Position numbers and translations under genes: made by a program
The notes under the pieces: generated by a model
Told to the model about the DNA's origin: nothing
Database searches by the model: none
Seen by the model: the letters and a program-made list of their open reading frames with translations, nothing else
Shown: piece after piece, positions 9,890 to 19,672 of the stretch
How the letters are laid out: each line of letters opens with the position of its first letter
Numbering within the stretch: the stretch's first letter is position 1
Assembly (NCBI GenBank): GCA_963842695.1
Contig: CAWJHK010000004.1
Span: 28,420-92,419 of the forward strand
DNA: 64,000 nucleotides
From: an uncultured Chloroflexia bacterium
GTDB taxonomy: Bacteria > Chloroflexota > Limnocylindria > Limnocylindrales > CSP1-4
Reading direction: 5' to 3'

Positions 9890-12469
9890 ATGACACCAGG
9901 AGCGATGCCCGCCGAACGCGGGCCGGTGGCGGCTGCGACCGACATCGGAGCCCGGGCACACGCACTCGACGGACCCTCCGTGACCGCCGAGCTGGGCGTG
10001 GACCGGGCGACCGGCCTGTCCCTCGACGCGGTCGCAAGCCGCGCCGAAGCTGCCGGATCGAACGAGCTCGAGCCGCCGCCGCGGACCGCCCTCCCACGAC
10101 TGCTGCTCGACGCGGTGACCGAGCCGTTCGTGATCCTGCTGATCGTCGCCGGGGTCCTGGCGATCGCGCTCGGCGAGACACGTGACGGTCTGCTGGTGCT
10201 CATCGCGCTCCTGCCGATCGTCGGCGCAGACGTGGTCACCCAGTACCGCGGCGAGCGCGCGCTCGAAGCCCTCCGGGAGGCCAGCGCGCCGACCGCGCGT
10301 GTGCGTCGGGCGGGCATCGTCGACGAGATAGCGGCCTCCGGCCTCGTGCCCGGTGACATCGTGCTGCTCCGGACCGGGGACGTCGTTCCGGCCGATCTCC
10401 GCCTGCTGCGGGTCGATCGCCTGTCGATCGATCGGAGCGTGCTCACCGGGGAATCGGTACCGGAACCGGCCACGACCGACGCGATCGCGTCCGATGCCAC
10501 GCTGGCCGATCGCTACGGCGTGGCGTACGCGGGGACGAGCGTGGTCGCCGGCCGCGGCGAGGGAGTCGTCGTGGCGATCGGCACGGCGACCGAGGTCGGA
10601 CGGATCGCCGGGCGCCTGGGTGGCCAGGAGCGGCGCCGCTCGCCGCTGCAGCTCGAGCTCGACCGTCTTGTCCGGATCCTGCTGGTGGTGGCGATCGGGC
10701 TCATCGCGATCGTGACGACCCTCGGGTTCGTCCGCGGCCAGGACGCCGGGGCGAACATCCTCGCCGGCGTCTCGGCGGCGATCGCCGCCATCCCCGAGGA
10801 GCCGCCGATCCTCCTCGCCGTGATCATGGGCCTCGGCGCGTACCGGCTCCTCCGGCGCGGCGTGCTCGTTCGCCGCCTGAACGCCGAGGAGACGCTCGGG
10901 GCGATCGATCTCATCGTCACCGACAAGACCGGCACGCTCACCCGCAACCGGCTCGAGGTGGAGTCGGTCACCGACCTCGGCGGGCCCGTCGTCGGCGACG
11001 CCAGGACGAAGCGGCTCATCGAGGCGTTGCGAGCCGAGGACGATGCCTGGGTCCGGGCCGACGGGATGGCTGCCGGCTCGTTCACGAGCTCCCTCGCGCG
11101 CGCCGTCGAGGCGGCCGGTGGTGACCCGCGGCTCGACCCTGCCACGCTCGTCGACAGCGTGCCAGCCGAGGACGGACGGCCGCTATCCCGCACGCGGGCA
11201 ATGCTGGACGACGAGCCCGGCGGTGGGCTGGAGGAGCTCGCGATCGGTGCCCCGGAAGTCGTGCTCTCGCTCGCCACGCTGCCTGGCACGGAGCATGCCG
11301 GCTGGACCGCGATCGTCGATGAGCGCGCGGCAGCCGGCGATCGCCTGGTGGCGGTCGCTCGGAAGGCCGAGAGCGGACTGTGGACGATCCGCTGCCTGGT
11401 CGGGTTCGCCGACCCGTTGCGGGAGGGGATCCGGGACGCCCTGCACGAAGCGCGGACCGCCGGCATCGAGGTCATCGTGGTGACCGGCGACCACCCGGCC
11501 ACGGCGATGTCGATCGCGACCGCGGCCGGTATCGAGCAGCCACGGATCGTGGTCGGCGCGGAGCTCGCCGGCTGGGACGACGCTCGGCTCGAACGCGAGC
11601 TGCCCGAGCTCCAGGTGGTGGCGCGCTCCACGCCGGACCAGAAGGAGCGGCTCGTCCGCGTGGCTCGCGAGATGGGGCGAACCGTGGCCGTCACCGGCGA
11701 CGGCGTGAACGATGCCCCGGCCCTGCACCGCGCCGACGTCGCGGTGGCGATGGGCTCCGGGACCGGTGTGGCCAAGGAGGCCGCCGACCTCGTCCTCGGG
11801 GACGACTCCTTCGCCACGCTGATGTACGGCCTGGCGGAGGGCCGGAGGATCGTCGACAACGTCCTCAAGGGCCTGATCTTCCTGCTGTCGACCCACGTCG
11901 CGCTGCTCGGGTTCATCCTCATCGCCACGGTCTACGGCTTCGGCCAGCCGCTACTGCCGCTCCAGATCCTGTGGCTGGAGCTGTTCATCGACACGGCTAC
12001 GTCGGTCGCCTTCGAGCTCGAGCGGGCCGAGCCCGACCTGATGCTGCGCCGGCCCCGAAAGCGCAACGTGCCCTTACTGACCAACGACCTGCTGGCGCGG
12101 ATCGCGGTCGCCGGCGGCTACAGCGCGATCGCGGCGCTCGTGGTCATGGCCACCCATCCGGGCACGGCCGAGCACGCTCGATGGCTGGCGTACACCTCTC
12201 TCGTGTGCGCCCAGGCCGTGCGCGCCAATGCGAACCGGAGCCTCCGCACCCCCGTCCACCGGCTGCCGGTCAACTGGTTCCTCGTCGCGGCCGGTGCCAC
12301 GGTCATCGCCATCCAGGCGCTGATCCCGTCCGTGCCGCTGCTGGCGGAAGCCTTCCACGCGACCCCGCTCGACGGTTCGGACTGGGCCGTGGTCGCCGTC
12401 ATCGCGCTCGTGCCGGCGATCCTCGCGGAGGTGGTGCGTACGGTCACCGGCCGAACGTGGGTCGCCTGA
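9890..12469 (+). CDS. cation-transporting P-type ATPase, P2-like (intact)
   Basis: Cation_ATPase_N-like SRAEAAGSNELEPP, TGES, phosphorylation motif VTDKTGTLT, hinge VTGDGVNDAPAL, and TM4 motif AIPEEPP. An alternative start is ATG at 9905. Confidence 0.95.
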   Translation: MTPGAMPAERGPVAAATDIGARAHALDGPSVTAELGVDRATGLSLDAVASRAEAAGSNELEPPPRTALPRLLLDAVTEPFVILLIVAGVLAIALGETRDGLLVLIALLPIVGADVVTQYRGERALEALREASAPTARVRRAGIVDEIAASGLVPGDIVLLRTGDVVPADLRLLRVDRLSIDRSVLTGESVPEPATTDAIASDATLADRYGVAYAGTSVVAGRGEGVVVAIGTATEVGRIAGRLGGQERRRSPLQLELDRLVRILLVVAIGLIAIVTTLGFVRGQDAGANILAGVSAAIAAIPEEPPILLAVIMGLGAYRLLRRGVLVRRLNAEETLGAIDLIVTDKTGTLTRNRLEVESVTDLGGPVVGDARTKRLIEALRAEDDAWVRADGMAAGSFTSSLARAVEAAGGDPRLDPATLVDSVPAEDGRPLSRTRAMLDDEPGGGLEELAIGAPEVVLSLATLPGTEHAGWTAIVDERAAAGDRLVAVARKAESGLWTIRCLVGFADPLREGIRDALHEARTAGIEVIVVTGDHPATAMSIATAAGIEQPRIVVGAELAGWDDARLERELPELQVVARSTPDQKERLVRVAREMGRTVAVTGDGVNDAPALHRADVAVAMGSGTGVAKEAADLVLGDDSFATLMYGLAEGRRIVDNVLKGLIFLLSTHVALLGFILIATVYGFGQPLLPLQILWLELFIDTATSVAFELERAEPDLMLRRPRKRNVPLLTNDLLARIAVAGGYSAIAALVVMATHPGTAEHARWLAYTSLVCAQAVRANANRSLRTPVHRLPVNWFLVAAGATVIAIQALIPSVPLLAEAFHATPLDGSDWAVVAVIALVPAILAEVVRTVTGRTWVA

Positions 12470-12491
12470 CAACCGGGGTATCCTCCGCACG

Positions 12492-13454
12492 GTGAGCCTC
12501 GAGATCGACCACGTCACCAAGCGCTTCGGCTCCACCACGGCCCTCGACGGCCTGGCGTTCGAGGTCGCCGACGGCGAGGTGTTCGGCTTTCTCGGCGCCA
12601 ACGGGGCCGGCAAGACGACCACGATGCGGATCTGCCTCGGCATCCTGCAGGCCGATGACGGCGAGATCCGCTGGGCCGGTCGCCGGACCGATCAGCTGCC
12701 CCGGCGGACGTGGGGCTATCTGCCGGAGGAGCGCGGCCTGTATCCGCGGATGGGCGTCCTCGACCAGCTCGTCTACTACGCCACGCTGTACGGCGAGCCA
12801 CCTGACCGCGCGCGGCGCGAGGCGCTCGCCTGGCTGACCCGCTTCCGCATCCCCGAGTACGCCGACCGGCGGGCCGAGGAGCTGTCGAAGGGCAACCAGC
12901 AGAAGGTCCAGTTCATCGCGGCGGTCCTTCACGGACCCGACGTGCTGCTCATGGACGAGCCGTTCACCGGCCTCGACCCGGTCAACCTCATCCTGCTGCG
13001 CGAGGCGTTCATGGAGCTCCGCGACCGGGGCCGGACGCTCATCTTCTCGACGCACCAGATGGAGACGGCCGAGGCGATGTGCGAGTCGGTCGGCATCGTC
13101 GACCGCGGCAGGCTCGTCGCCGGTGGGCGGCTGCGCGACCTCAAGCGAGCCAGTGGGCGGCGAACGATCCGGATCGCCCTCGACGGCGACCCGGCACCGG
13201 CCTGGCTGGCCGACCTCGACGGCGTCGAGGCCCTTCGCCGCGACGCGTCCGGCGGCGAGCTCGAGATGCTCCCCGGGGCGGACCCGGCAGCGATCCTGGC
13301 CGCGGTCCTGGGACATGGCGCCACGCTGTCGCGGTTCGAGGTCAAGGAGCCGAGCCTCGAAGCCCTCTTCATCGAGCATGTCGGCCGCCCCGCCGACGAG
13401 GGCACGTCCCTGGTGCCCGAGGGGACCGCCCTGACCGCCGGCGGGCTCGTCTGA
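12492..13454 (+). CDS. ABC transporter ATP-binding protein, ABC-2 type (intact)
   Basis: Walker A GANGAGKTTT, signature LSKGNQQKV, Walker B LLMDEPFTGLD. Confidence 0.95.
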   Translation: MSLEIDHVTKRFGSTTALDGLAFEVADGEVFGFLGANGAGKTTTMRICLGILQADDGEIRWAGRRTDQLPRRTWGYLPEERGLYPRMGVLDQLVYYATLYGEPPDRARREALAWLTRFRIPEYADRRAEELSKGNQQKVQFIAAVLHGPDVLLMDEPFTGLDPVNLILLREAFMELRDRGRTLIFSTHQMETAEAMCESVGIVDRGRLVAGGRLRDLKRASGRRTIRIALDGDPAPAWLADLDGVEALRRDASGGELEMLPGADPAAILAAVLGHGATLSRFEVKEPSLEALFIEHVGRPADEGTSLVPEGTALTAGGLV

Positions 13455-14776
13455 TGGCCGGCCGCGACGCGCTCCTGCCGAACGCCTGGATCATCGCCCG
13501 GCGCGAGTACCGCGACCGCGTCCGCAGCCCGTTGTTCGTGGCCTCGACCTTCGTCCTGGCCGGCCTGGCGATGCTCGTCGCACTCGCCCCGATCGGCATC
13601 CGCGCGATGGACCGCCAGACGGTCGTCCGCCTCGCCGTGGTGTCGTCGGACGCGGAGCTGGCGTCCCGGGCCACGACGGTCGCCGACAGCGTCCTCAACA
13701 TCCCGCCCGATGGCGCCGACCCGGCCGCCTGGGAGAAGCCCTTCCGTCTCGAGGGCACGTCGGATCGAGGCGCGGCCGAATCGGCCCTTGCGTCCGGGCA
13801 GGTCGTCGGGATGCTCGTGGTCGAGCGCCTGCCCACCGGTCAGATCGACGTCGAGTTCCATACCAACGAGGGTGTCACCGGAGCGCGGAGCCAGCTCCTC
13901 GCGATCGCCGCGTTCGGGATCGGCGTGCTGGATTGGAGCGCTCATCTGCCTGCGGGGACGCCGATCGGGCAGTTCATCACCCCGGGCTTCCACGTCGAGG
14001 CACTCAACACCGCGACGGAGGGCGGGCGGCGACTCGACCCGCAGGAGGCTGCCAGCCGCGGCTTCCTCGGCATCGTGTTCGTCGTCCTCCTGTTCATCAC
14101 CGTGGTGATCTACGGGATGTGGGTCGCCACCGGCGTCGCGTCCGAGAAGAGCAGCCGGGTGATGGAGCTGATGATCAGCGCCGCCTCGTCGCGGCAGCTG
14201 CTGACCGGGAAGGTCGTCGGGATCGGCGCGGCCGGCCTCACCCAGTACGTCGCGATCGCCGTCCCGACGCTGATCCTGATCGCGTTCCAGGACCGCATCG
14301 CCGAGGCTCTGCTGGGGCCCGGCTGGGCGGAGGGCGCGCCGCTCGTCGGTCTGTCGCCGGGCCTCCTCGCCGGCTACGGCGTGTTCTTCCTCCTCGGCTT
14401 CGTGCTGTTCGCCCTGATCTACGCGGCGATGGGCTCGTTCGTCAGCCGCCCCGACGACCTCCAGACACTGTCGCTGCCGCTCAGCCTGCTGGCGATGGCC
14501 GGCTACCTGACCGCGATCGTGGCCCTCGGCGGTGGCGGTGGGACCTGGGTGGCCGTCGCCTCGTTCCTGCCGCCGTTCAGCCCGTTCGTGATGCTCGCGC
14601 GACTGATGGTCTCGGCGGTTCCGCCGTGGGAGGTGCTCCTGTCGGTCGGCCTGCTGGTCGCGGCGATCATCGTCGTTGCGATCGTCGCCTCGCGGATGTA
14701 CGCCGCCGGGGTCCTGCTCTACGGCCAGCGCCCCGGCGTGCGCGCCTTCATCGCGGCAGCGCGAAAGGCCAGCTAG
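13454..14776 (+). CDS. ABC-2 family transporter permease (intact)
   Basis: The ATG overlaps the ATPase stop (ATGA-type). MAGRDALLPNAWIIARREYRDRVRSPLFVASTFVLAGLAMLV, a large extracytoplasmic loop, then a multi-TM C-terminal half. Confidence 0.85.
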   Translation: MAGRDALLPNAWIIARREYRDRVRSPLFVASTFVLAGLAMLVALAPIGIRAMDRQTVVRLAVVSSDAELASRATTVADSVLNIPPDGADPAAWEKPFRLEGTSDRGAAESALASGQVVGMLVVERLPTGQIDVEFHTNEGVTGARSQLLAIAAFGIGVLDWSAHLPAGTPIGQFITPGFHVEALNTATEGGRRLDPQEAASRGFLGIVFVVLLFITVVIYGMWVATGVASEKSSRVMELMISAASSRQLLTGKVVGIGAAGLTQYVAIAVPTLILIAFQDRIAEALLGPGWAEGAPLVGLSPGLLAGYGVFFLLGFVLFALIYAAMGSFVSRPDDLQTLSLPLSLLAMAGYLTAIVALGGGGGTWVAVASFLPPFSPFVMLARLMVSAVPPWEVLLSVGLLVAAIIVVAIVASRMYAAGVLLYGQRPGVRAFIAAARKAS

Positions 14777-14815
14777 GTCTCAGCGGTCAATGCGGCGTGC
14801 AAGGCAGTTCGCTTG

Positions 14816-15553
14816 TCATTCCTCCCCAAGGTCCAGGGGCAATCGGCTGATGAGCGCGATGACCGGCGCTGCGGCCGGGCCCTCGACCGGCGGCCCGAGG
14901 TCGGCGCCCGACACCTCGACGGGATTTGCCGCGACGTAGCGCCACAGCCGGCTGCGAATGCCGGGAAGGTACGGGCTCGAGCGCTGCCGGGCGAGCATCC
15001 CCGCGATCCCCTGGGCGACAGCGGCTTCGAACAGGGCGATCCCCTCGGTCGCGATGGCCGGCACGGCCACCACTTCGTCGCCGGGTCGCAACACCCGGCG
15101 GAGCGCCTCCCGCCGGCGGACCAGCGGCTGCGACAACAGGGAGCGGCCGTCGAGGTGCAGCAGGTCGAACGCGAGGAAGGCCGCCGGCCGGCCGGTGGCG
15201 CCACCGAGCCGTCGCTCGAGCTCGGCCGAATCCGCCCGGCCCGCGGCGTCGACGACCACGAGCTCGCCGTCGAGGATGGCCGAGCGCGCGGCGATCCGGA
15301 CGGCCAGCCCGGCCAGCTCCGGCAGCGCCGCGGTCAGGTCGCGGCCCGCCTGGTCGCGGACGCGGACCTCGCCGGTCCCCGGCCGATCGGCCGGTCCGAT
15401 CGAGACGAGCGCCCGCTCGCCGCCCCACCACGGCTCGAAGAGGTGCTCGTCCGAGTCGAACGGCGCTGGCAACGGGCGCGGGAGCATTGGCCGCAGGTCC
15501 GGCAGATCGGGCAGCCGATCGGCCTCGAGTCGCAGCGAGAGCTGGTCGGCCAT
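14816..15553 (-). CDS. ATP-dependent DNA ligase (LigD ligase-domain-like) adenylation-domain homolog lacking the catalytic lysines (intact ORF)
   Basis: Colinear with the LigD/LigC nucleotidyltransferase motifs. Motif I reads FEPWWGGERAL instead of the canonical (E/x)xKxDGxR. ILDGELVVVD and FLAFDLLHLDGRSLL are conserved. Motif V reads GMLARQRSSPYLPGIRSRLWRYV, with the K positions replaced by R/R/V. No OB domain (245 aa). Confidence 0.8.
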   Translation of the reverse strand: MADQLSLRLEADRLPDLPDLRPMLPRPLPAPFDSDEHLFEPWWGGERALVSIGPADRPGTGEVRVRDQAGRDLTAALPELAGLAVRIAARSAILDGELVVVDAAGRADSAELERRLGGATGRPAAFLAFDLLHLDGRSLLSQPLVRRREALRRVLRPGDEVVAVPAIATEGIALFEAAVAQGIAGMLARQRSSPYLPGIRSRLWRYVAANPVEVSGADLGPPVEGPAAAPVIALISRLPLDLGEE

Positions 15554-15607
15554 CGTCGACCGATGGTAGCCCGCTAGACTTCGAACGTCCCGATCCGGAG
15601 GATCGCC

Positions 15608-17728
15608 GTGCCGCGCCCGCCCCGCCCCGACGACCTGTACCGCCTGCGCATCGCGACCGAGCCCCGCCTGTCACCCGACGGCTCGCTGACGGTCGTGACC
15701 GTCCAGACGGTCGCCACGGGCCACGACGGCTACCGGCAGGCGCTCTGGATCGTGCCGGCCGACGGCTCGGAGGCCCCGCGGCAGCTGACGCTCGGGACGC
15801 GGCGCGATCGCCAACCGCGGTTCTCGCCCGACGGCCGGACGCTGGCCTTCATCTCCGATCGTCGCGCGCACACCGAGGACGACGATCCGACAGCCGGCGC
15901 CGCGGACGACCGCGAGGATGCCAACCAGGTCCACCTGCTGCCCCTCGACGGCGGCGAGGCCCGGCGCCTGACCGACCTCCCGCGCGGTGTCGACGCCTTC
16001 GAATGGTCGCCCGACGGGAGCCGGCTGGTGGTCGTCAGCACATCCCATGGCGCGACGCGCGAGGAGGATCGCCGGCGGCGCGGGCTGGCCCGCGAGGGCG
16101 AGCCGACGATCCCGCTGTCCGACTACCGGTTCGTCGACCGCCTGGAGTACATGCTCAACGGCAAGGGCTTCACGTACGACCGGATCGGCCACCTCTGGCT
16201 CGTCGATGCATCCGACGGCACGGCGAGCCGCCTCACCGACGGCCGGACGGGCGACGGCGAGCCGGCCTGGTCGCCGGACGGCCGGCGGGTCGCGTTCACC
16301 TCCAACCGGCGGACGAACTCGGATCTCATCCGTGGCCGCGACGTCCACGTCGTCGACGTCGATGACCGGTCCGTGACCCGGATCACGACCGGCCGCCGCT
16401 CCGAGTTCTTCCGGCCGGCCTGGCTGCCGGACGGCCGGACCCTGGCCGTCCTGGGCCATCGTTACGAGGGTGGCGCCGGCAGCCGCAACGACATCTGGCT
16501 GTTCCCGGCGGACGGCAGCGGGGCGAGCGGCGGTCGGAACCTGTCGGCCGGCCATGACCTGATGCCCGGCTCCGGGATGAACAGCGACCTCGTCCCCGGC
16601 GAGGCCCCGTCGCTCGTCGCATCGGCCGACGGTGACTGGCTGCTGTTCAGCAGCCCCGATCGAGGGCGCCTACGAGCTGTGGCGGATCGCCATCGACGAC
16701 GGGCGCCTCGAGCGACTGACGACCGGCCGCCACTACGTCTCGGCATGGCATGCCGTCCCGGTGGCCGTCGTCGGCACCCGGATCGCCTACCTCCGCTCGA
16801 CGCCGACCGCGCCCTCGGACCTGTGGCGCCTCGACATCGACACCGAGGAGCAGACCGGACCGCGCCGGCTCACCTCCCTCAACGCCGACGTCCTCGGCGA
16901 GCTCGAGCTGCGCAGGCCGGAGGTTCGCCACGTGACGGTCGATGGCCGGCCGATCGAGGGCTGGTTCATCCCCGCCGGTGACGGCCCCCGGCCGCTGGTC
17001 GTCGAGATCCACGGCGGCCCGCACACGCTCTACGGCTGGGCGCCGATCTGGGAGTTCCAGGTCCTCGCGGCGGCCGGGATCGGCGTCTTCGCCTGCAATC
17101 CGCGCGGCTCGGAGGGGTACGGCCAGGCGTTCAACGATGCCAACCATCGCGACTGGGGTCCCGGCCCGATGCGGGACGTGCTGGCCGGCGTCGACGCGCT
17201 CGTCGCGGACGGGCTGGCCGATCCCGAGCGCCTCGGGGTGACCGGTGGCTCCTATGGTGGCTACCTGACCAACTGGATCGTCGCCCACGACCAGCGCTTC
17301 GCGGCGGCGATGACCTGCCGCTCGGTCAGCGACATGGGCATCCTGCTTCACGACCGGCGACATCGCCGGCGGCGAATGGGCGAGCGCTGGAGTTCGACGC
17401 GACGCCCTGGGACGATCCCGCCTACTTCCGCGAGATCTCGCCGCTGGCGCACGCCGCCGACATCCGGACGCCGCTGCTGATCCAGCACTCGGAACGTGAC
17501 CTGCGCACGACGATCGCCCAGGCCGAGGCGCTGTTCACCGTGCTGCGCTCGCACCGGCGCCCGGTCCGGCTGCTCCGCGTTCCCGAGGAGACGCATGAGC
17601 TGACGCGCTCCGGGACGCCGTTCCGACGCGTCGAGAACCTGCGGATCGTCGAGAGCTGGTTCCGGCATTTCCTGGTCGACGGCAAGCGCGGCCTGCCGCC
17701 ACTCCCGAGGGTTCGCGGCGGGCGCTAG
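15608..17728 (+). CDS. S9 family peptidase, beta-propeller plus prolyl-oligopeptidase catalytic domain (frameshifted, at least 3 indels)
   Basis: PRLSPDGSLTVV, PRFSPDGRTLAFISDR, PAWSPDGRRVAFTSNR (ORF 15608..16981). VVEIHGGPH...NPRGSEGYG...GVTGGSYGGYLTNW (ORF 16632..17480). C-terminus VPEETHELTRSG (ORF 17540..17728). Confidence 0.85.
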
Positions 17729-17737
17729 TCGCCGCTA

Positions 17738-18538
17738 GCCCGGCAACGGAGCCGCCACGACCCACAGCGCGCCGAGGAGCAACAGGACCCCGGCCATCGG
17801 ACGCCGCCCGTCGGCCGTGCCGGCCGGTCACCTCGTAGGCCATCAGCAGGGTCAGCGCGGCCATCGTCGGCACGCTGGCGAAGCCGGCACCGAACATGAC
17901 CAGCATGAGCGCCCACGAGCTCGCGACGCAGTCGAGCGCGTGGCTGATGCCGAGCCGGCCAGCGCGCCGTTCGGCTCCGTCGTGCATCGCCATCCGCTGG
18001 CCGGGCTCGCGGCAGGCGGCCATCGCCCGGCGCTTGAGCGGCGTCAGCTGATAGGCGCCCGCGATCGCGAGGATGCCGGCCTCGATCAGCCATGGCCGGG
18101 CGGCGAGCCATGGCGTGGCATCGACGACGCGGTGGAGCACCATGTCGCCGAGGAACGCCGCGAGTCCGAAGCCTGCCCAGACGATCGCGAACGCTCCGAG
18201 AAAGGCCGGCGATGGCCGGCCGCGGCCCGGCGCGTCGCCGGCGATGCCAGGCCGACGGCGGCGACGGCATGGAGGCTGGCCGGCCACATCATCGCCACCA
18301 CCATGACCTGCCAGGCGACCGTGAAGCTCAGGATCGCCAGCGCGGGCGGGACGCCGCCCTCGATCAGGGCGTGGTGGTGGAGGGCCGCCGCCTCGCCCGA
18401 GAGCTGCGCGACGACGAGGGTGGCCCAGGCTCCGCCGATCGCCAGCGTCACCGCCGGGAAGCGTCCGGCCGCGCCCAGGTCGGTCCCATGGATCAGGCCG
18501 ATCCGTGGCGTCGATGCCAGCGCGGTCGGCCCGTTCAC
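17738..18538 (-). CDS. DUF2182 family metal-binding integral membrane protein (frameshifted)
   Basis: Stitched from ORFs 18086..18916, 17535..18287 and a third frame: VAMMWPASL, FAIVWAGFGLAAFLGD, AGAYQLTPLKRRAMAACREP, ALMLVMFGAGFASVPTMAALTLLMAYE, and the end MAGVLLLLGALWVVAAPLPG*. Confidence 0.7.
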
Positions 18539-18539
18539 C

Positions 18540-19112
18540 TCAGACGAAGTCCAGGCTGCAGCCGAACGGCCGGGTCGTCGGGACCCGCGACCTCGCGGCC
18601 CGCGAGCACGTCGTCCAGCGCGTTCTCGAGGTCGTGGCTGGTGACCCGCGATCGTCGATCCGCGAGTCGTCGAACCGGCCTTCGTAGCGCAGCCGCCGCG
18701 CCCGGTCGAGCAGGAACACGTGGAACGTGCAGGCGGCGCCGTACGCCCGGGCGACCCGCTGGCCGTCGTCGACCAGGTACGGGAACGTGTAGGCGTCCTC
18801 GGTGGCACGCTCGACCATCCGCGGGTAGCTCTCGTCGGGGTAGAGATGCGGGTCGTTCGAGTTGATCGCGACGAGCTGGACGCCGCGAGGGCCGAACGCC
18901 GCTGGAGCGCGTTCATCCGTGCCCGTAGGCCTTGGCCGTCGGGCAGCGATTGGACGAGAAGATGAGGACGACGGCTCGCGATCGCCGAAGGTCGAGAAGC
19001 CGTGGACCTCGGCCGTCGATGCCGAGGAGGTCCGTCGAAGGCCGGCGCGGGCGCGCCGATCGGGAGCGGTCGCCCGCTCGGGCGACGCCTCGACGAGGTC
19101 GATCGCGGTCAT
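18540..19112 (-). CDS. thioredoxin-fold (redoxin/TlpA-like) protein (frameshifted)
   Basis: AVVLIFSSNRCPTAKAY (ORF 18913..19629). GVQLVAINSNDPHLYPDESYPRMVERATEDAYTFPYLVDDGQRVARAYGAACTFHVFLLD and TTRPFGCSLDFV* (ORF 18540..19121). Confidence 0.75.
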   Translation of the reverse strand: MTAIDLVEASPERATAPDRRARAGLRRTSSASTAEVHGFSTFGDREPSSSSSRPIAARRPRPTGTDERAPAAFGPRGVQLVAINSNDPHLYPDESYPRMVERATEDAYTFPYLVDDGQRVARAYGAACTFHVFLLDRARRLRYEGRFDDSRIDDRGSPATTSRTRWTTCSRAARSRVPTTRPFGCSLDFV

Positions 19113-19672
19113 GCGGTGCACGGCGACCGGCCGCGAATCGATCCGGGAACTGCGCGACGAGCCCGTCGTGCAGCGTGTCGGCGACGACCAGGATCTCGGT
19201 GAAGATGTCGTCGAAGGCGCGGACGTCGGCGGCCCAGTCGCCGGTGATGCGCGCGACGGTCTCGTCCTTGGTCAGCTTGAGGTGGAGCGCGAGCAGGTCG
19301 AAGACGTCCTTCTCGGGCCAGTTCGGGATTGGCCCCGGCCAGGAACGCGGCGATCTCGCCGGATGTTGGCCGTCCAGCGCTCGTCGTGCTTGGCGAACGG
19401 CGGCGTTGTCGCCGCTCTTGGCGGCGCGACGAGGTCGACCGCGATCATGATGTGCTGCTTGAGCAGCTCGGTCAGGCGGTCGCCGGCGGCCTGGCCGTAG
19501 AAGCCGGCGATCGCGGCGCCGATGTCCTCCTGGTTCTTGAGCAGGCGGCCGGCCGCGGCGTCGGCGTCGGGCGTCCCGGCGACCGCCGCGACGATGTACT
19601 GCCGGGTCCAGATCACGTGGTCCGACCACAGCTTCCGCAGCGCGCTCGGACCGGTTCCGTTGACGTTCCCAT
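19109..19672 (-). CDS. hypothetical helical protein (frameshifted; both ends approximate)
   Basis: ATG at about 19672 is preceded by gaaggga. LRKLWSDHVIWTRQYIVAAVAGTPDADAAAGRLLKNQEDIGAAIAGFYGQAAGDRLTELLKQHIMIAVDLV (ORF 19272..19616). NWPEKDVFDLLALHLKLTKDETVARITGDWAADVRAFDDIFTEILVVADTLHDGLVAQFP (ORF 18913..19629). I did not recognise a family. Confidence 0.5.

Noticed and set aside
14816-15553. The ligase-like gene considered as part of an NHEJ (Ku-LigD) module or a mobile/defence element.
   Set aside because: No Ku, polymerase/primase or phosphoesterase domain, nuclease, integrase or transposase is adjacent. Flanking genes are an ABC permease and a peptidase.
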